Under the pieces are notes generated by a model that made no database searches, was not told the origin of the DNA, and saw nothing but the letters and a program-made list of their open reading frames with translations. From an uncultured delta proteobacterium (GTDB taxonomy: Bacteria; Desulfobacterota; Desulfuromonadia; Geobacterales; Pseudopelobacteraceae): a DNA stretch of 64,000 nt. The stretch spans positions 32,001 to 96,000 of the forward strand of contig CAVYYZ010000012.1 of assembly GCA_963772835.1 (NCBI GenBank). Reading direction: 5' to 3'. A program made the position numbers and the translations under genes. Of this stretch, positions 1 to 13,623 are shown piece by piece. Each line of letters starts with the position of its first letter. The stretch's first letter is position 1.

Positions 1-189
1 GTCACTGGTCGGCTCCCCATCACGGTCCATCAGAAACGGAGGGCCCCAGCTGCGGGTATCATCGCCGGCTCCCGGACGCTCCACCTTGATAACCTCCGCC
101 CCCAGGTCCGCCAGGGTCTGTCCCGCCCACGGGCCGGCCAGCACCCGGCTCAGATCCAGCACTCGTATATGTTGTAACGGTCCGGCCAT
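1..189 (-). CDS. CaiB/BaiF (family III) CoA-transferase, N-terminal part; runs off the window edge
   Basis: Not in the ORF track. Manual translation gives [52 protein letters not shown], the typical family III N-terminus, with a GGAG RBS upstream. Confidence 0.92.
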   Translation of the reverse strand, partial: MAGPLQHIRVLDLSRVLAGPWAGQTLADLGAEVIKVERPGAGDDTRSWGPPFLMDRDGEPTSD

Positions 190-223
190 GTGTATACTCC
201 CTCTCCCGGATATATGCCGGCCG

Positions 224-1405
224 TCAGCTGCGAAACGCCGGAATTCCGGTTATTTCCTGGCCGATTACCAGCAGATGCATGTCGTGGGTGCCTTCATAGG
301 TATGAACCGCCTCAAGGTTATTGGCGTGGCGCATGATCGGATACTCCCCCATGATGCCGTTGGCACCCAGGATCGTGCGGGCTGACCGGGCGATATCGAT
401 GGCACTATTGACATTATTCATCTTCGCCATGGAAACCTGGGCCGGAGTGTATTTCCCCTGGTCCTTCAGGCGGCCGAGCTGCATGACCAACAGCTGTCCT
501 TTCGTTATCTCGGTGACCATCTCTGCCATTTTTTTCTGCTGCAGCTGAAACGAAGCGATCGGCCGGTCAAACTGGATCCGGCTGAGTGAATAGTCAAGTG
601 CGGTCTGATAACAGTCGTCCGCCGCCCCCAGAACGCCCCAGGCGATGCCGTAGCGGGCCTGGGTCAGGCAGCCGAGAGGCCCCTTTATCCCCTTTACGTT
701 CGGCAGCAGACTTTTTTCTTCATCGACAATGACGTCATCGAAGATCAGTTCGGAGGTGACCGAGGCACGCAGACTCCATTTGCCGTGCATCTGCGGGGCG
801 CTGAATCCGGGGGTCCCCTTCTCGACCAGAAAGCCGCGGATACCCTCGTCCGTTCTGGCCCACACGACCGCAACGTCGGCAATACTGCCGTTGGTGATCC
901 ACATCTTGGAGCCGTTGATACGCCATTTTTTCCCCGTTTCCCGAACCGCCTGCGTGCGCATGCCGGAAGGGTTGGACCCGAAATCCGGCTCAGTCAGACC
1001 GAAACAGCCGATTGCATCGCCGCAGGCCATCCGGGGAAGCCAGTACTCTTTCTGAGCGTCACTCCCGTACGCGTAAATCGGATACATGACCAGTGAGCCC
1101 ATGACCGAGGCGAAGCTGCGAATCCCGGAATCACCACGCTCAAGCTCATACATCAACAGGCCGTAGGCGACGTTGGAAAGACCGGCACAGCCGTATTTTT
1201 CCGGAAGATTGGATCCGTAGAAACCGAGTTCTCCCATTTTTTTTATCAGGTGATTCGGGAAAGTTTCGTTCCGGGCATGTTCCTCGATAATCGGCATGAC
1301 CTCATCATTGACAAATTTTCGGGCCGTCTCCCTGACCAGCTTCTCCTCATCGGTCAATAACCCCTGAAACCCCATGTAGTCGGTCAGTTCTGTTCGTAAA
1401 GCCAT
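224..1405 (-). CDS. gcdH: Glutaryl-CoA dehydrogenase-like acyl-CoA dehydrogenase
   Basis: Motifs [27 protein letters not shown] and C-terminal TYEGTHDMH typical of GCDH; adjacent to a CaiB transferase. Confidence 0.85.
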   Translation of the reverse strand: MALRTELTDYMGFQGLLTDEEKLVRETARKFVNDEVMPIIEEHARNETFPNHLIKKMGELGFYGSNLPEKYGCAGLSNVAYGLLMYELERGDSGIRSFASVMGSLVMYPIYAYGSDAQKEYWLPRMACGDAIGCFGLTEPDFGSNPSGMRTQAVRETGKKWRINGSKMWITNGSIADVAVVWARTDEGIRGFLVEKGTPGFSAPQMHGKWSLRASVTSELIFDDVIVDEEKSLLPNVKGIKGPLGCLTQARYGIAWGVLGAADDCYQTALDYSLSRIQFDRPIASFQLQQKKMAEMVTEITKGQLLVMQLGRLKDQGKYTPAQVSMAKMNNVNSAIDIARSARTILGANGIMGEYPIMRHANNLEAVHTYEGTHDMHLLVIGQEITGIPAFRS

Positions 1406-1451
1406 GTGCTCCCCTTTTCCGGTCTCCGTGGACCGCTGACGTAGAATGTGA

Positions 1452-2258
1452 TTACACCTGCAGGTGTGATAGTGCGGTTTTTACATTGCCGACCAGATTG
1501 TGCAGTCGCGGCCCGATATCTTTTTCAAACATCTCACTGTTCAATTGAAAAGATGCGCCGCTACAGCTGAACACCATGATTTCAGAATTATCGCTGGCCA
1601 CCAGAGGCACCGAGATGGCATTGACTTCCTCCCGCCACTCCCCCAGTGAATAGCAGAATCCTCTTTTTTTATAGCCGGCGAGGGCCTGTTCAATCCCCTG
1701 CTTGATTTTCGGCCAGTTATGTTCGTCGTTTTTACGAATCTGCCCCATCAGCTTGATCCGCTCCATCTCAGGCAGGGCGCAGAGATATGCCCTCCCCATG
1801 GAGGTTGTGGCGATCGGGATCTGCGAACCGACATCGAGCTGCACCGTAAATGTCGAGCTATTACGGTAGGTGTCGATATAGACCATATTCTGCCGGTCGC
1901 GGATTCCGAGGCTGACCGATGCCCGCGTGTGCTCCGCCAACGCCTGCATCAGCGGCCGGGCAATTCTGCGGATATGCATCTGTGCCAGCATTGAATAGCC
2001 GAAACCGATAAAGGTTTTCCCCAGGCAGTACTTGTTCTGGTCCATGAAATAGCGGAGATACCCCAGTTCCGTGAGGGTATAGGTCACGCGGGAGACCGTC
2101 GACTTAGGAAGACCCGTACGTCGGGCAATTTCCTGGTTCCCGAGGACACGATCGCTTGACATAAAACAGACCAGAACATCAAGGCCCCTCGCCAGCGCTG
2201 AAATGAATTTACGATCTTTCTCACCACTCTGGGTACCATCATCGATTGCTGTCGGCAT
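1452..2258 (-). CDS. IclR family transcriptional regulator
   Basis: ALARGLDVL...EIARRTGLPKSTVSR HTH and TSMGRAYL effector-domain motif. Confidence 0.93.
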   Translation of the reverse strand: MPTAIDDGTQSGEKDRKFISALARGLDVLVCFMSSDRVLGNQEIARRTGLPKSTVSRVTYTLTELGYLRYFMDQNKYCLGKTFIGFGYSMLAQMHIRRIARPLMQALAEHTRASVSLGIRDRQNMVYIDTYRNSSTFTVQLDVGSQIPIATTSMGRAYLCALPEMERIKLMGQIRKNDEHNWPKIKQGIEQALAGYKKRGFCYSLGEWREEVNAISVPLVASDNSEIMVFSCSGASFQLNSEMFEKDIGPRLHNLVGNVKTALSHLQV

Positions 2259-2383
2259 ATGACCGTCTCCTTTCTGTATGCTGCCTGCTCCACCCGGGTA
2301 GTGATCGGCGGCAATCCACTACGCCACGCTCTCACATGCAAACTGCCCGCGTCAAGACAGAAATCGCGCTCTGCAGAATATGT

Positions 2384-2400
2384 ATTCCGCTGAGCGGAAT
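2384..2400. promoter_or_regulatory. Palindromic operator, probable IclR site
   Basis: ATTCCGC-TGA-GCGGAAT upstream of the iclR start, with weaker similar sites on both sides. Confidence 0.55.
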
Positions 2401-2799
2401 TTCTCGCCCGATTGCGGAACGTGGCGTTCGTCAATCTCCGGTACCGGCATGTGAAGAGGGCACAACGGACCCCGTCGCGATGCGCTATAACGCCCGGCAC
2501 GGTGAGGCTGCCAATTGATGACTTGGGAAAGAGGGAAGGTGCGACAGTCAGGGCGATAGTAAGGTGATGCAGTATGCTGAGGCGAAATACTGTTGAGCGG
2601 CATGTTCGGTATGCACATATGGAGTGGAACAGACTCCATCCGGAGTCAGCGTCGGTAACGATGCTGCTGTAGTCGAACCGTTAACGGCATGCAGGCCATT
2701 GTGGCACCGGAGGCACGATTGAAACGACGAACTCCAGAAAAGGGTATGGGAGGTCTTCGAACCGGAGCTGGAAGGGCTGCTGCCCCCGTGTTGATCTGT

Positions 2800-2837
2800 A
2801 AAAAGAGGCCCGTCCGATTACTTCGGATGGGCCTCTT
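2800..2837. terminator. Intrinsic terminator after gltD
   Basis: AAGAGGCCCGTCCGA...TCGGATGGGCCTCTT hairpin with a T-run on the minus strand. Confidence 0.75.
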
Positions 2838-2889
2838 GACCTCGTTATAACATATCAGTCAGGTGGATTAACTCAGAAGTAAAGAATCC

Positions 2890-4371
2890 TTACGGCAGTT
2901 CACTGTTCCCCATCAGATAGCGATCGCACTCACGGGCAGCACCACGCCCTTCGTTAAAAGCCCATACGACAAGGCTCTGGCCTCTACGACAGTCGCCTGC
3001 TGCAAACACACCGGGTATGTTCGTGCTGTATGTATCGAAATCCGCCTTGATATTGCTGCGTGAATCCCGTTCCAAACCGAGAGAATCGATCAGTGGCTGC
3101 TCAGGTCCGAGAAAACCCATCGCCAGCAGCACTAATCCAGCGGGGCGTATCTGCTCCGTACCCGGAACCGGTTCCGGAACAAACTGACCTTTTTCATTTT
3201 TCTGCCACGCGACTTCAACGGTATGAACTGCCGTAATGACCCCGTTTTCATCACCCTCAAAGCTGGAAGCGGTAGTCAGGTAAACCCTTGGATCAGCTCC
3301 GAATTTCGCGGCAGCCTCCTCCTGACCGTAATCGACTTTATGCGTTTTGGGCCACTCCGGCCAGGGATTATCTGCCGCGCGCCGGTCCGGGGAGCGGGGC
3401 ATGATCTCCAGCTGAACAACACTCTTACAGCTATGACGAAGTGACGTGCCGACACAGTCTGTACCGGTATCACCACCACCAATGATGATAACATCCTTCC
3501 CCTTGGCTGAGATGAAATCATCATCCCCGTTCAGGAGCGACTTGGTGTTTTCTGTCAAAAAATCCATCGCAAAATGAATTCCCTTGAGGTTGCGGCCGAT
3601 AACAGGAAGATCACGAGGCAGGGTGGCACCGGTAGTCAGCACAACAGCATCGAAATCAGCGAGCAGCTGAGCCGCAGGCAGCCCGCCGCCGCCCACTTCT
3701 GTATTACAGACAAAAGAAATTCCTTCTGCTTCCATCAGCCTGATCCTGCGAAAAACAACCTCGCGCTTATCGAGCTTCATGTTGGGAATTCCGTACATCA
3801 GTAAACCACCCGGCAGATCAGCGCGCTCAAAGACGGTAACAGTGTGACCGGCCGTGTTGAGCTGGGCGGCGGCGGAAAGACCCGCAGGGCCGGAACCGAC
3901 AACTGCGACTTTTTTGCCGCTGCGGTGTGCCGGGATGGCCGGAGCAATCCACCCTTCTTCAAAGCCGTGCTCGATAATGCTCACTTCGATATTTTTAATT
4001 GTAACCGCCGGATCGATCATGCCGAGCGTACAGGAACCCTCGCATGGAGCGGGGCAGACACGTCCTGTGAACTCGGGGAAATTGTTGGTTTTAAGCAGCC
4101 GGTCCAGCGCCTGATGCCAGAGGTTGCGGTAGACCAGATCATTCCACTCCGGGATAAGATTTCCGATCGGGCATCCACTCGCCATACCGCTGATCAGCAC
4201 GCCGCTGTGACAGAACGGCACGCCGCAATCCATACAACGGGCACCCTGTATGCGCAATTCTTCATCAGGCATATGCAGATGGAATTCGTTCCAGTCGTTT
4301 ATACGCTCCAGAGGTGTCCGGTCAGCCGGCACTTCGCGAGTATATTCCATGAATCCAGTTAGTTTTCCCAT
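2890..4371 (-). CDS. gltD: Glutamate synthase small subunit
   Basis: [29 protein letters not shown] and [10 protein letters not shown] motifs. Confidence 0.97.
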   Translation of the reverse strand: MGKLTGFMEYTREVPADRTPLERINDWNEFHLHMPDEELRIQGARCMDCGVPFCHSGVLISGMASGCPIGNLIPEWNDLVYRNLWHQALDRLLKTNNFPEFTGRVCPAPCEGSCTLGMIDPAVTIKNIEVSIIEHGFEEGWIAPAIPAHRSGKKVAVVGSGPAGLSAAAQLNTAGHTVTVFERADLPGGLLMYGIPNMKLDKREVVFRRIRLMEAEGISFVCNTEVGGGGLPAAQLLADFDAVVLTTGATLPRDLPVIGRNLKGIHFAMDFLTENTKSLLNGDDDFISAKGKDVIIIGGGDTGTDCVGTSLRHSCKSVVQLEIMPRSPDRRAADNPWPEWPKTHKVDYGQEEAAAKFGADPRVYLTTASSFEGDENGVITAVHTVEVAWQKNEKGQFVPEPVPGTEQIRPAGLVLLAMGFLGPEQPLIDSLGLERDSRSNIKADFDTYSTNIPGVFAAGDCRRGQSLVVWAFNEGRGAARECDRYLMGNSELP

Positions 4372-4397
4372 AATTCAATTCCCTGTATCAAAATATT

Positions 4398-4479
4398 GTA
4401 GGGGCGTATTACGTACGCCCTGATGGCAATGGCAACTGTCCCGGTTCTCGCAACGAGGGCGCACGCGGTGTGCCCCTAC
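4398..4479. repeat. GTAG-family REP doublet (REPIN-like) between gltB and gltD
   Basis: GTAGGGGCGTATTACGTACGCCCT ... AGGGCGCACGCGGTGTGCCCCTAC, an inverted pair in which each unit is itself a hairpin. Confidence 0.7.
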
Positions 4480-4489
4480 GATGCACACC

Positions 4490-7400
4490 TTAATGTCCGC
4501 TGAGCGAATTTTCCTCGAATGCAGCGGCCAGCGCATCCTCACCGCTCAGCCCGGCGGCCTTCGCCCGTTCCAGAGCCTGCAGTACCCGTTTATAATCGGT
4601 GGGCATTACTTTAACAAACCGGGGCAGAACGTTCCGCCAGTTTATCAGCATCATTGTGGCAAGGGAGCTCCCGGTGTATTCGGCATGTTTTTCAATCATA
4701 CCCTTGAGAGTGGCGGCATCGGATTCATCAAGGAGTTCCAGGCCGACCATTTCACTGTTGCAGTGGGATGCAAATGTGTCATGTTCATCAAAAACATAGG
4801 CAATCCCGCCGCTCATGCCGGCCGCAAAATTTCGACCGGTTTCGCCGAGAATCACCACGGTGCCGCCGGTCATGTATTCACACCCATGATCGCCGACCCC
4901 TTCAACAACTGCGTTGACACCGGAATTGCGGACGCAGAAGCGTTCGCCGGCTATGCCGCGAATGTAGGCAGAGCCGCTGGTAGCACCGTAAAAGGCCACG
5001 TTGCCGGCGATGATGTTCTCTTCCGCCTTAAAGATAGTCCCGTCAGGCGGGTAAAGTACAATTGTACCGCCACTGAGCCCTTTACCCAGATAATCATTGG
5101 CATCACCCGATAAATTGAGGGTGACTCCGCAGGGTACGAATGCCCCGAAGCTTTGTCCCGCGGAGCCGTTGAAGGTGAGGTGGACCGTATCGTCCGGAAG
5201 GCCCTTGGCACCATGACTGCGGGTGATCTCATTGCCGAGTATCGTCCCTACTACGCGGTCAACATTGGTAATCGGCAGCTCTGCCCGTACCTTTTCACCC
5301 CTCTCTATTGCAGGCTGGCAGATATCCAGCAGCCTGGTCATATCGATCGATTTTTCCAGACCGTGATCCTGCTTCTCAGTGTTGTACCGCCCTACGTTCA
5401 ACCCCACTTTTGGCTGGAACAGAATCTGGGAGAAGTCAAGCCCCCTGGCCTTCCAATGGTCGATTGCCTTATTGGCTTCAAGAACATCGCACCGGCCAAC
5501 CATCTCGTTCAGGGTGCGGAAGCCGAGCAGAGCCATGATCTCGCGCAGCTCCTCCGCGACAAAGCGCATGAAGTTCACAACGTATTCCGGCTTGCCGCTG
5601 AAGTTTTTGCGCAGTTCCGGATCCTGCGTCGCCACACCGGTCGGGCAGGTATTACTTTGGCAGACACGCATCATGACACATCCCAGAGTCACCAGCGGAG
5701 CGGTGGCAAAACCGAACTCTTCAGCACCGAGTAGTGCCGCGATAGCTACGTCACGGCCGGTCTTCAGCTGGCCATCGGCTTCAATGATGATCCGGCTGCG
5801 CAGGTTATTCAGCAGCAGCGTCTGGTGGGTTTCGGCCAGGCCGAGCTCCCAGGGGAGGCCGGCGTGCTTGATGCTGGATATGGGAGACGCCCCGGTGCCT
5901 CCATCATAGCCGCTGATAAGGACGACATCCGCATGAGCCTTGGCGACGCCGGCGGCAATAGTACCGACTCCGACTTCGGATACCAGCTTGACGCTGATAC
6001 GTGCGCGGCGGTTGGCATTTTTCAGATCGTGGATCAGCTCGGCGAGATCCTCGATTGAGTAGATATCATGGTGCGGTGGCGGCGATACAAGGCCGACACC
6101 AGGAGTTGTATGACGGGTCTTGGCGATCCAGGGATAGACTTTGTGCCCCGGCAGCTCGCCACCCTCTCCCGGCTTCGCCCCTTGCGCCATCTTGATCTGC
6201 AGTTCACCGGCGTTGGTCAGGTAATCACTGGTGACACCGAACCGCCCCGAAGCAACCTGTTTAATGGCACTGTTCTTGGAGTCACCCAACTCGTTGGTCC
6301 AGGTAAAGCGTTCAGGATCTTCACCCCCCTCGCCGGTGTTTGATCTCCCCCCGATCCGGTTCATTGCGATCGCCAGCGCCTCGTGAGCCTCCTTGCTGAT
6401 TGAGCCGTAGGACATGGCACCGGTCTTGAACCGCTTCATTATTTCTTCTGCCGGTTCGACCTCTTCAATCGGTACTGATGGAATATTCTTCTTGAAGTTA
6501 AGAAGACCGCGCAGGGTATAGTGACGGGTACTCTGGTCATCGATCAACGAGGAAAACACCTTGAACTCACGGTAATCGTCGGTGCGGACCGCTTTCTGGA
6601 GCGAGGTGATCGTCAGTGGATTATACTGATGCTCTTCGCCATCCTTACGCCACTGATAGACGCCGCCCGGATCAAGCATCACCTCGGGGGCCACTCGTTC
6701 CGGATAGGCCCGTGCGTGCCGTTCCATCAGCTCCCGCGCGATACCGTCGATATCGGTCCCTCCGATACGTGAGGGCGTCAATGTGAAATAGCGGTCAATT
6801 ACCGAGCGATGAAGTCCGACCGCCTCGAAAATCTGGGCGCCGCGGTAACTCTGCACAGTAGAAATTCCCATCTTTGCCATGGTCTTGACGATACCTTTGA
6901 CGGATGCCTTGATAAAATTACCGGCCGCTTTTTTGCTGTCGAGATCCGGCAGCATCCCCTGCAGAATCATGTCATCAAGAGATTCAAAGGCCAGGTACGG
7001 GTTTATTGCATTAACGCCATAGCCGAGGAGCACTGCAAAATGGTGTACCTCACGTGGTTCGCCTGATTCCAGGACCAGAGAAACCAGTGTGCGGGTGCCG
7101 CTGGTAACCAGATGCTGATGCAGTCCGGAAAGTGCCAGTAGAGCGGGAATGGCGGCGTTTTCTTTATCTGCTCCACGGTCGGAGAGAATCAGAATATTGC
7201 AGCCGGTCTCAACAGCAACGTCGGCGGCGGCAAAAAGTGTTTCAAGCCCCTTTTCCATGGCGCCGGCACCGCGTGCAGCCGGAAACAGAAGTGACAGGGT
7301 GGCGGATTTGAAATCAGGATGGTCAATCTGCCGCAGCTTTTCCAGCTCCTGATTGCTGAGTAGCGGCTGCTTGAGTTTGATTCTCCTGGCGTTGTCTGCT

Positions 7401-9067
7401 GTCGGTTCCAGCAATCTCCCCTCGGCGCCGATTAACGTGATTGTAGAGGTGACAATTTCTTCACGGATCGGGTCAATCGGAGGATTGGTTACCTGGGCAA
7501 ATAACTGTTTGAAGTAATTGTACAGCAGCTGATTCTGGTTGGAGAGCACCGCCAGGGGGGTGTCGGTTCCCATGGATCCAAGCGGCTGGATACCGTCTCG
7601 GGCCATCGGACCCAGGACAATGCGCTGATCCTCAAAAGTGTAGCCAAAGGCCATCTGCCGCTGGACGAGGGTGGCATGCTCCGGGAGATCTGCATCGGGT
7701 ACAGCCGGCAGATCTTCAAGGGCAATGTGATGTTCTTTCAGCCACTCTCCGTAAGGATTGGCAGCCGCCAACTCTTCCTTGATCTCTTTGTCGGGGACAA
7801 TACGCCCCTGCTCCGTATCTACAAGAAACATCTGTCCCGGTTCGAGTCGGCCTTTACTCAGAATACGGCCCGGCTCGATCTGCAGAACTCCGGCTTCAGA
7901 TGCCATAATGACAAGATCGTCATTGGTAATGTAATACCGGGAAGGGCGCAGCCCGTTACGATCAAGAACCGCGCCGATACAGCGGCCATCCGTGAAGGCT
8001 ACCGCTGCCGGACCGTCCCACGGAGCAATCAGACAGGAATGATATTCATAAAACGCCTTCTTTTCTTCGCTCATGTCTTCGTGGTTTTCCCACGGCTCCG
8101 GCACCATCATCATGATTGCATGCGGCAGCGAACGGCCGCTCATGACCAGCAGTTCCAGACAGTTGTCGAACATGCCGGAATCAGAGCCGTCGGGGTTAAT
8201 GACCGGCAGAATCTTCTTGATGTCATCGCCAAAAAGATTGCTCGTTAAAAGATGCTGACGGGAGTTCATCCAGTTGACATTGCCGCGCAGGGTATTGATC
8301 TCACCGTTATGGGCCAGAAAATGATAGGGATGGGCGCGGTCCCAGCTGGGAAAGGTGTTGGTTGAGAACCGGGAATGTACCAATGCGATCGCGCTTTCCA
8401 TCGCGGTGTCACGCAGCTCAGGATAGTACTGGTCTACCTGTACCGGCATAAGCATACCCTTGTAGATTATTGTCCGGGTGGAGAGACTGCAGACGTACCA
8501 GTTCTCGTCCACTCCGGCACGCCGTATTTCGTTGGTAGCCCGCTGGTTGATAATGTAAAGCGTGCGGTTGAATGCATGTTCGTCAGCGACATCAAGGGGG
8601 CGCTTGAGGAACAGCTGCCGCACCATCGGCTCCCCTTCCCAGGCGGTATTCCCCAGCGATGAATTATCGGTCGGTACGTTGCGCCAGCCAAGGAGCTCCA
8701 CACCCTCTTCAACCAGAATCTTTTCAAGAATATGGCGGGCGGCATTGCGTTCGGTTGCTTTCGGTGAAGTGAATACCATACCGACACCGTAGTGAAACGG
8801 CTCGGGCAGCTCTATGCCAAGCGGTTCGCAGACCGATCGCAGAAATTTATCAGGCATCTGTATGAGAATTCCGGCGCCGTCTCCGGTATTCGGTTCACAC
8901 CCGCATGCACCGCGGTGGTCAAGGTTGACTAGGATTTCAAGCGCCTGACTGACGATCTCGTGTGACTTTCTGCCTTTGATATTTACTACGAAGCCGACGC
9001 CGCACGCGTCGTGCTCAAACTGTGGATCGTAGAGACCCTGTTTTGCTGGTGGCTTGTTGTTTTTCAT
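4490..9067 (-). CDS. gltB: Glutamate synthase large subunit
   Basis: [10 protein letters not shown]-terminal amidotransferase Cys, [24 protein letters not shown] and C-terminal GXGXG repeats; 1525 aa. Confidence 0.98.
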   Translation of the reverse strand: MKNNKPPAKQGLYDPQFEHDACGVGFVVNIKGRKSHEIVSQALEILVNLDHRGACGCEPNTGDGAGILIQMPDKFLRSVCEPLGIELPEPFHYGVGMVFTSPKATERNAARHILEKILVEEGVELLGWRNVPTDNSSLGNTAWEGEPMVRQLFLKRPLDVADEHAFNRTLYIINQRATNEIRRAGVDENWYVCSLSTRTIIYKGMLMPVQVDQYYPELRDTAMESAIALVHSRFSTNTFPSWDRAHPYHFLAHNGEINTLRGNVNWMNSRQHLLTSNLFGDDIKKILPVINPDGSDSGMFDNCLELLVMSGRSLPHAIMMMVPEPWENHEDMSEEKKAFYEYHSCLIAPWDGPAAVAFTDGRCIGAVLDRNGLRPSRYYITNDDLVIMASEAGVLQIEPGRILSKGRLEPGQMFLVDTEQGRIVPDKEIKEELAAANPYGEWLKEHHIALEDLPAVPDADLPEHATLVQRQMAFGYTFEDQRIVLGPMARDGIQPLGSMGTDTPLAVLSNQNQLLYNYFKQLFAQVTNPPIDPIREEIVTSTITLIGAEGRLLEPTADNARRIKLKQPLLSNQELEKLRQIDHPDFKSATLSLLFPAARGAGAMEKGLETLFAAADVAVETGCNILILSDRGADKENAAIPALLALSGLHQHLVTSGTRTLVSLVLESGEPREVHHFAVLLGYGVNAINPYLAFESLDDMILQGMLPDLDSKKAAGNFIKASVKGIVKTMAKMGISTVQSYRGAQIFEAVGLHRSVIDRYFTLTPSRIGGTDIDGIARELMERHARAYPERVAPEVMLDPGGVYQWRKDGEEHQYNPLTITSLQKAVRTDDYREFKVFSSLIDDQSTRHYTLRGLLNFKKNIPSVPIEEVEPAEEIMKRFKTGAMSYGSISKEAHEALAIAMNRIGGRSNTGEGGEDPERFTWTNELGDSKNSAIKQVASGRFGVTSDYLTNAGELQIKMAQGAKPGEGGELPGHKVYPWIAKTRHTTPGVGLVSPPPHHDIYSIEDLAELIHDLKNANRRARISVKLVSEVGVGTIAAGVAKAHADVVLISGYDGGTGASPISSIKHAGLPWELGLAETHQTLLLNNLRSRIIIEADGQLKTGRDVAIAALLGAEEFGFATAPLVTLGCVMMRVCQSNTCPTGVATQDPELRKNFSGKPEYVVNFMRFVAEELREIMALLGFRTLNEMVGRCDVLEANKAIDHWKARGLDFSQILFQPKVGLNVGRYNTEKQDHGLEKSIDMTRLLDICQPAIERGEKVRAELPITNVDRVVGTILGNEITRSHGAKGLPDDTVHLTFNGSAGQSFGAFVPCGVTLNLSGDANDYLGKGLSGGTIVLYPPDGTIFKAEENIIAGNVAFYGATSGSAYIRGIAGERFCVRNSGVNAVVEGVGDHGCEYMTGGTVVILGETGRNFAAGMSGGIAYVFDEHDTFASHCNSEMVGLELLDESDAATLKGMIEKHAEYTGSSLATMMLINWRNVLPRFVKVMPTDYKRVLQALERAKAAGLSGEDALAAAFEENSLSGH

Positions 9068-9131
9068 TGTTTAACCTTTTTCCCGGTATTTCTGAAATCA
9101 TTTGGTCCGCAAACTGTGCGGATGATTTGTT

Positions 9132-9148
9132 AAGCAGAGAGTGTGCCA
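9132..9148 (-). promoter_or_regulatory. Sigma54 (-24/-12) promoter of gltBD
   Basis: Minus strand TGGCACACTCTCTGCT, with GG-N10-GC spacing. Confidence 0.65.
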
Positions 9149-9514
9149 CTCACACCCTTTTGCACTGTTTCATTATGATTTGTCTGTTATTAAGGCCGGT
9201 TGAAACATGCTGCGGCAACTGAGCGGCGCTCCTCCATGGCGGCCACTCACGGTAACAGAGTTTAATAATAACACAGTTGAGTACATTTTACCACGCTTCA
9301 CTTTTCCCGCACTCGAGAGAATCCAATACATTCGCGATGCGGACACCTCATTAGGCATCTCTGCCTGTCTCCAAAAATGCATATAATGAGCGCATCAGCA
9401 TTCCTTTATGCCTATGAATTGGTCAGATACGCACATATGCATAAATAATCGGCACAGATGCTCATTTACTTTACACTATGATTAAATTTTATGCTATTAG
9501 AGCATAAAATTTAA

Positions 9515-10876
<1,362 letters not shown>

Positions 10877-10895
10877 TTTCAGGTAAAGGATACTA

Positions 10896-10936
10896 CAAAA
10901 CAAAAAGCCCGGACTTGCGCCGGGCTTTTTGTTTTG
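10896..10936. terminator. Bidirectional intrinsic terminator between gdhA and bdh
   Basis: AAAAGCCCGG-ACTTGCG-CCGGGCTTTT flanked by A and T runs between convergent genes. Confidence 0.85.
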
Positions 10937-10955
10937 TGATGCCGTGCACGGAATT

Positions 10956-11738
10956 TTACTGGGCCGTCCATCCCCCGTCGACCGGAATCGCGGTCCCGGT
11001 AATCTGATCTGCACCTGCCGAACAGAGAAAGATGGCCAACGTGCCGAGCTGTTCAATTGAAACAAACTGCTGCGACGGCTGCTTCTCTGCCAGCATGCTG
11101 CGCCCCCCCGCTTCGATATCGACTCCGAGAGCATTGGCGCGGGCCACGATCTGAGGTTCGATCAGCTCCGTTCTCGTCCAGCCGGGACAGATGGCGTTAC
11201 TGGTGATGCCGGCCCCGGCCGTCTCCAGGGCGGCAACCTTGGTCAGACCGACCAGACCATGCTTGGCCGCGACATACGCCGCTTTGTTGGCCGATGCTAC
11301 CAGGCCGTGCACCGAGGCGATATTGATGATCCGCCCCCAGCCGGTTCGTCTCATATGCGGAACCGCATGGTGGATTGTATAGAAGCTGGATGAAAGGTTT
11401 ATGGCGATAATGGCAGCCCAGCGCTCGGGAAGAAACTCCTCAACAGGTGCCGTATGCTGGATGCCGGCATTGTTGACCAGGATATCGACACCGCCGAAAG
11501 CGGCTGCGGTGGCCGCAACCAGTTCGGCGATCTCTTCCGGCCGGGTCATATCGGCTCCATGGAATCGTACCTTTGTTCCGAACTCCGATTCCAGTCCCAT
11601 CCTGGTAGCTTCTATTTTTTCCGGGTCACCAAGCCCGTTCAGCATAATGTTGCATCCCTGCCCGGCGAGCGCGCGGGCAATGCCGAACCCGATTCCGCTG
11701 GTCGAACCGGTTATAAGCGCACTTTTTCCTGTAAGCAT
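10956..11738 (-). CDS. bdhA: D-3-hydroxybutyrate dehydrogenase (SDR)
   Basis: TGSTSGIG, NNAGIQH, SVHGLVAS, YVAAKHG, KQPS and DGGWTAQ signatures; start moved to MLTGK after a GAGGAG RBS. Confidence 0.92.
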   Translation of the reverse strand: MLTGKSALITGSTSGIGFGIARALAGQGCNIMLNGLGDPEKIEATRMGLESEFGTKVRFHGADMTRPEEIAELVAATAAAFGGVDILVNNAGIQHTAPVEEFLPERWAAIIAINLSSSFYTIHHAVPHMRRTGWGRIINIASVHGLVASANKAAYVAAKHGLVGLTKVAALETAGAGITSNAICPGWTRTELIEPQIVARANALGVDIEAGGRSMLAEKQPSQQFVSIEQLGTLAIFLCSAGADQITGTAIPVDGGWTAQ

Positions 11739-11766
11739 TTTCTGCTCCTCCTTGTGCCGCGAGCCA

Positions 11767-12951
11767 CTATACATATCGCTCCACGATCATGGCGATTCCC
11801 TGGCCTCCGCCGATACAGAGCGAGGCGAGTCCCCGCCGCACTCCGCTCCGTTCCATCTCGTGCAGCAGCGTTACCAATATGCGGGCACCGCTGGCACCCA
11901 CCGGATGCCCCAGTGCTATTGCACCGCCATTTACGTTGACTTTACGGCTGTCCAGGCGCAGTTCGCGAATAACCGCAAGTGACTGCACGGCGAACGCTTC
12001 GTTAAGCTCCACCAGATCGATATCATCCAGTGTCAGTGATGCTCTGGACAACGCTTTACGGATCGCTTCCACCGGCCCCATACCCATGATACGCGGATCG
12101 ACACCGACCGTGCCCCATCCGACTATTTTGGCCAGCGGGCGGATGCCGGCCTTCCCTGCAGCACTTTCCTCCATCAGCAGAAGAGCCGCGGCAGCATCGT
12201 TGATCCCCGACGAATTTCCGGCGGTGACAACTCCACCTTCCTTGAAAGCCGGCCGCAGCTTCGCCAGACTCTCCATAGTGGTGTCACGTCGGGGATACTC
12301 ATCTTCTGCAACCAGCAGCGTCTCATCGCGCCGGCCGGGGATTGATACCGGGACGATCTCCCGGGCAAAACGCCCTTCGCTCTGTGCCTTGGCGGCTTTT
12401 TGCTGTGATTGCAGGGCAAAGGCATCGGCCTCATCGCGCGAGATATGATGCTGCTCAGCAATATTCTCTGCGGTAATACCCATATGGATATCGTAGAAGG
12501 CATCCATCAGTGCATCTTTCAGGATGGTATCTTCCAGAATGCCTTTCCCCATGCGGTATCCAAACCGGGCCTTGTCGAGCAGGTATGGTGCCCGGCTCAT
12601 GCTTTCCATTCCTCCGGCCACGATCATATCCGCTTCTCCGGCAGCAACAGCGAGTGCTCCCAGAGCGACACTCTTCAGTCCGGAGCCGCACAATTTGTTA
12701 ACCGTGTAAGAGGGGACATACTCCGGTATTCCGGCGCCGACCGCCGCCTGGCGAGCCGGATTCTGCCCGCATCCCGCCTGCAGGATCTGCCCCATGATGA
12801 CCTCTTCAACCTGCCCGCCGGATACCCCTGCCCTGCGAATGACTTCGCTTATGACAAGGCGCCCCAGTTGAGCGGCGGGTACGGTGGCGAGTGCACCGCC
12901 AAAGGAGCCGATCGGGGTCCTGGCGGCAGATGCAATTACGACGGTGCGCAT
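11767..12951 (-). CDS. atoB: Acetyl-CoA C-acetyltransferase (thiolase)
   Basis: [20 protein letters not shown] and CIGGGQG catalytic motifs. Confidence 0.93.
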   Translation of the reverse strand: MRTVVIASAARTPIGSFGGALATVPAAQLGRLVISEVIRRAGVSGGQVEEVIMGQILQAGCGQNPARQAAVGAGIPEYVPSYTVNKLCGSGLKSVALGALAVAAGEADMIVAGGMESMSRAPYLLDKARFGYRMGKGILEDTILKDALMDAFYDIHMGITAENIAEQHHISRDEADAFALQSQQKAAKAQSEGRFAREIVPVSIPGRRDETLLVAEDEYPRRDTTMESLAKLRPAFKEGGVVTAGNSSGINDAAAALLLMEESAAGKAGIRPLAKIVGWGTVGVDPRIMGMGPVEAIRKALSRASLTLDDIDLVELNEAFAVQSLAVIRELRLDSRKVNVNGGAIALGHPVGASGARILVTLLHEMERSGVRRGLASLCIGGGQGIAMIVERYV

Positions 12952-12968
12952 AGAATGGTTCCTTTCTC

Positions 12969-13610
12969 TCAGGGCAGCGGAGAGATGATCAGTCGCGGTT
13001 CACTGCAGGCTTGAATATCTTCGGGAGTATATCCGGGGGCAACCTCCACCAGCCGCAGGCCGTCAGGGGTAACGTCAAGCACGGCGCGGTCGGTAATGAT
13101 CCGGTGTATCACCCCTTTGCCGGTCAGCGGCAGGGTACATGTGTTAAGAATCTTCGTTTCTCCATGTTTGTTGCAATGCTCCATCAGCACCACAATCCGT
13201 TTGGCGCCATGCACCAGATCCATGGCGCCCCCCATCCCTTTGACCATCTTGCCGGGGATGACCCAGTTGGCCAGATCGCCGGAAGCTGAGGCCTCCATTC
13301 CTCCCAGTATGGCGAGGTCGATATGTCCGCCGCGAATCATCGCGAACGATTCGGCGCTGCTGAAAGTGCTGGAACCGGAGATCATCGTGATGGTTTCCTT
13401 ACCGGCGTTGATCAGGTCGGGATCGAGTTCCTCTTCGGTCGGATAGGGACCGATACCGAGCAGTCCGTTCTCGGATTGCAGCACCACCAGTTTTCCCGGG
13501 GGAATATAGTTTGCCACCAGGGTCGGCATGCCGATACCCAGATTGACGTAATATCCATCTTCTATCTCCAGGGCGGCCCTTTGGGCCATCTCCTCACGTG
13601 TCAATGCCAT
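12969..13610 (-). CDS. scoB: 3-oxoacid CoA-transferase subunit B
   Basis: [13 protein letters not shown] and GMGGAMDL; start moved to MALTREE. Confidence 0.93.
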   Translation of the reverse strand: MALTREEMAQRAALEIEDGYYVNLGIGMPTLVANYIPPGKLVVLQSENGLLGIGPYPTEEELDPDLINAGKETITMISGSSTFSSAESFAMIRGGHIDLAILGGMEASASGDLANWVIPGKMVKGMGGAMDLVHGAKRIVVLMEHCNKHGETKILNTCTLPLTGKGVIHRIITDRAVLDVTPDGLRLVEVAPGYTPEDIQACSEPRLIISPLP

Positions 13611-13623
13611 GGTCTGCTCCTCT

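Noticed and set aside
2084..2800. Short ORFs and a possible ncRNA between iclR and the gltD terminator
   Set aside because: No recognisable protein motif or RNA structure; only the operator palindrome is supported
4481..8792. Many 60-210 aa ORFs overlapping gltB, and similar ones over other genes (e.g. 14776-15789, 41042-42130)
   Set aside because: Antisense or alternate-frame shadows of well-supported GC-rich genes, with no motifs or RBS
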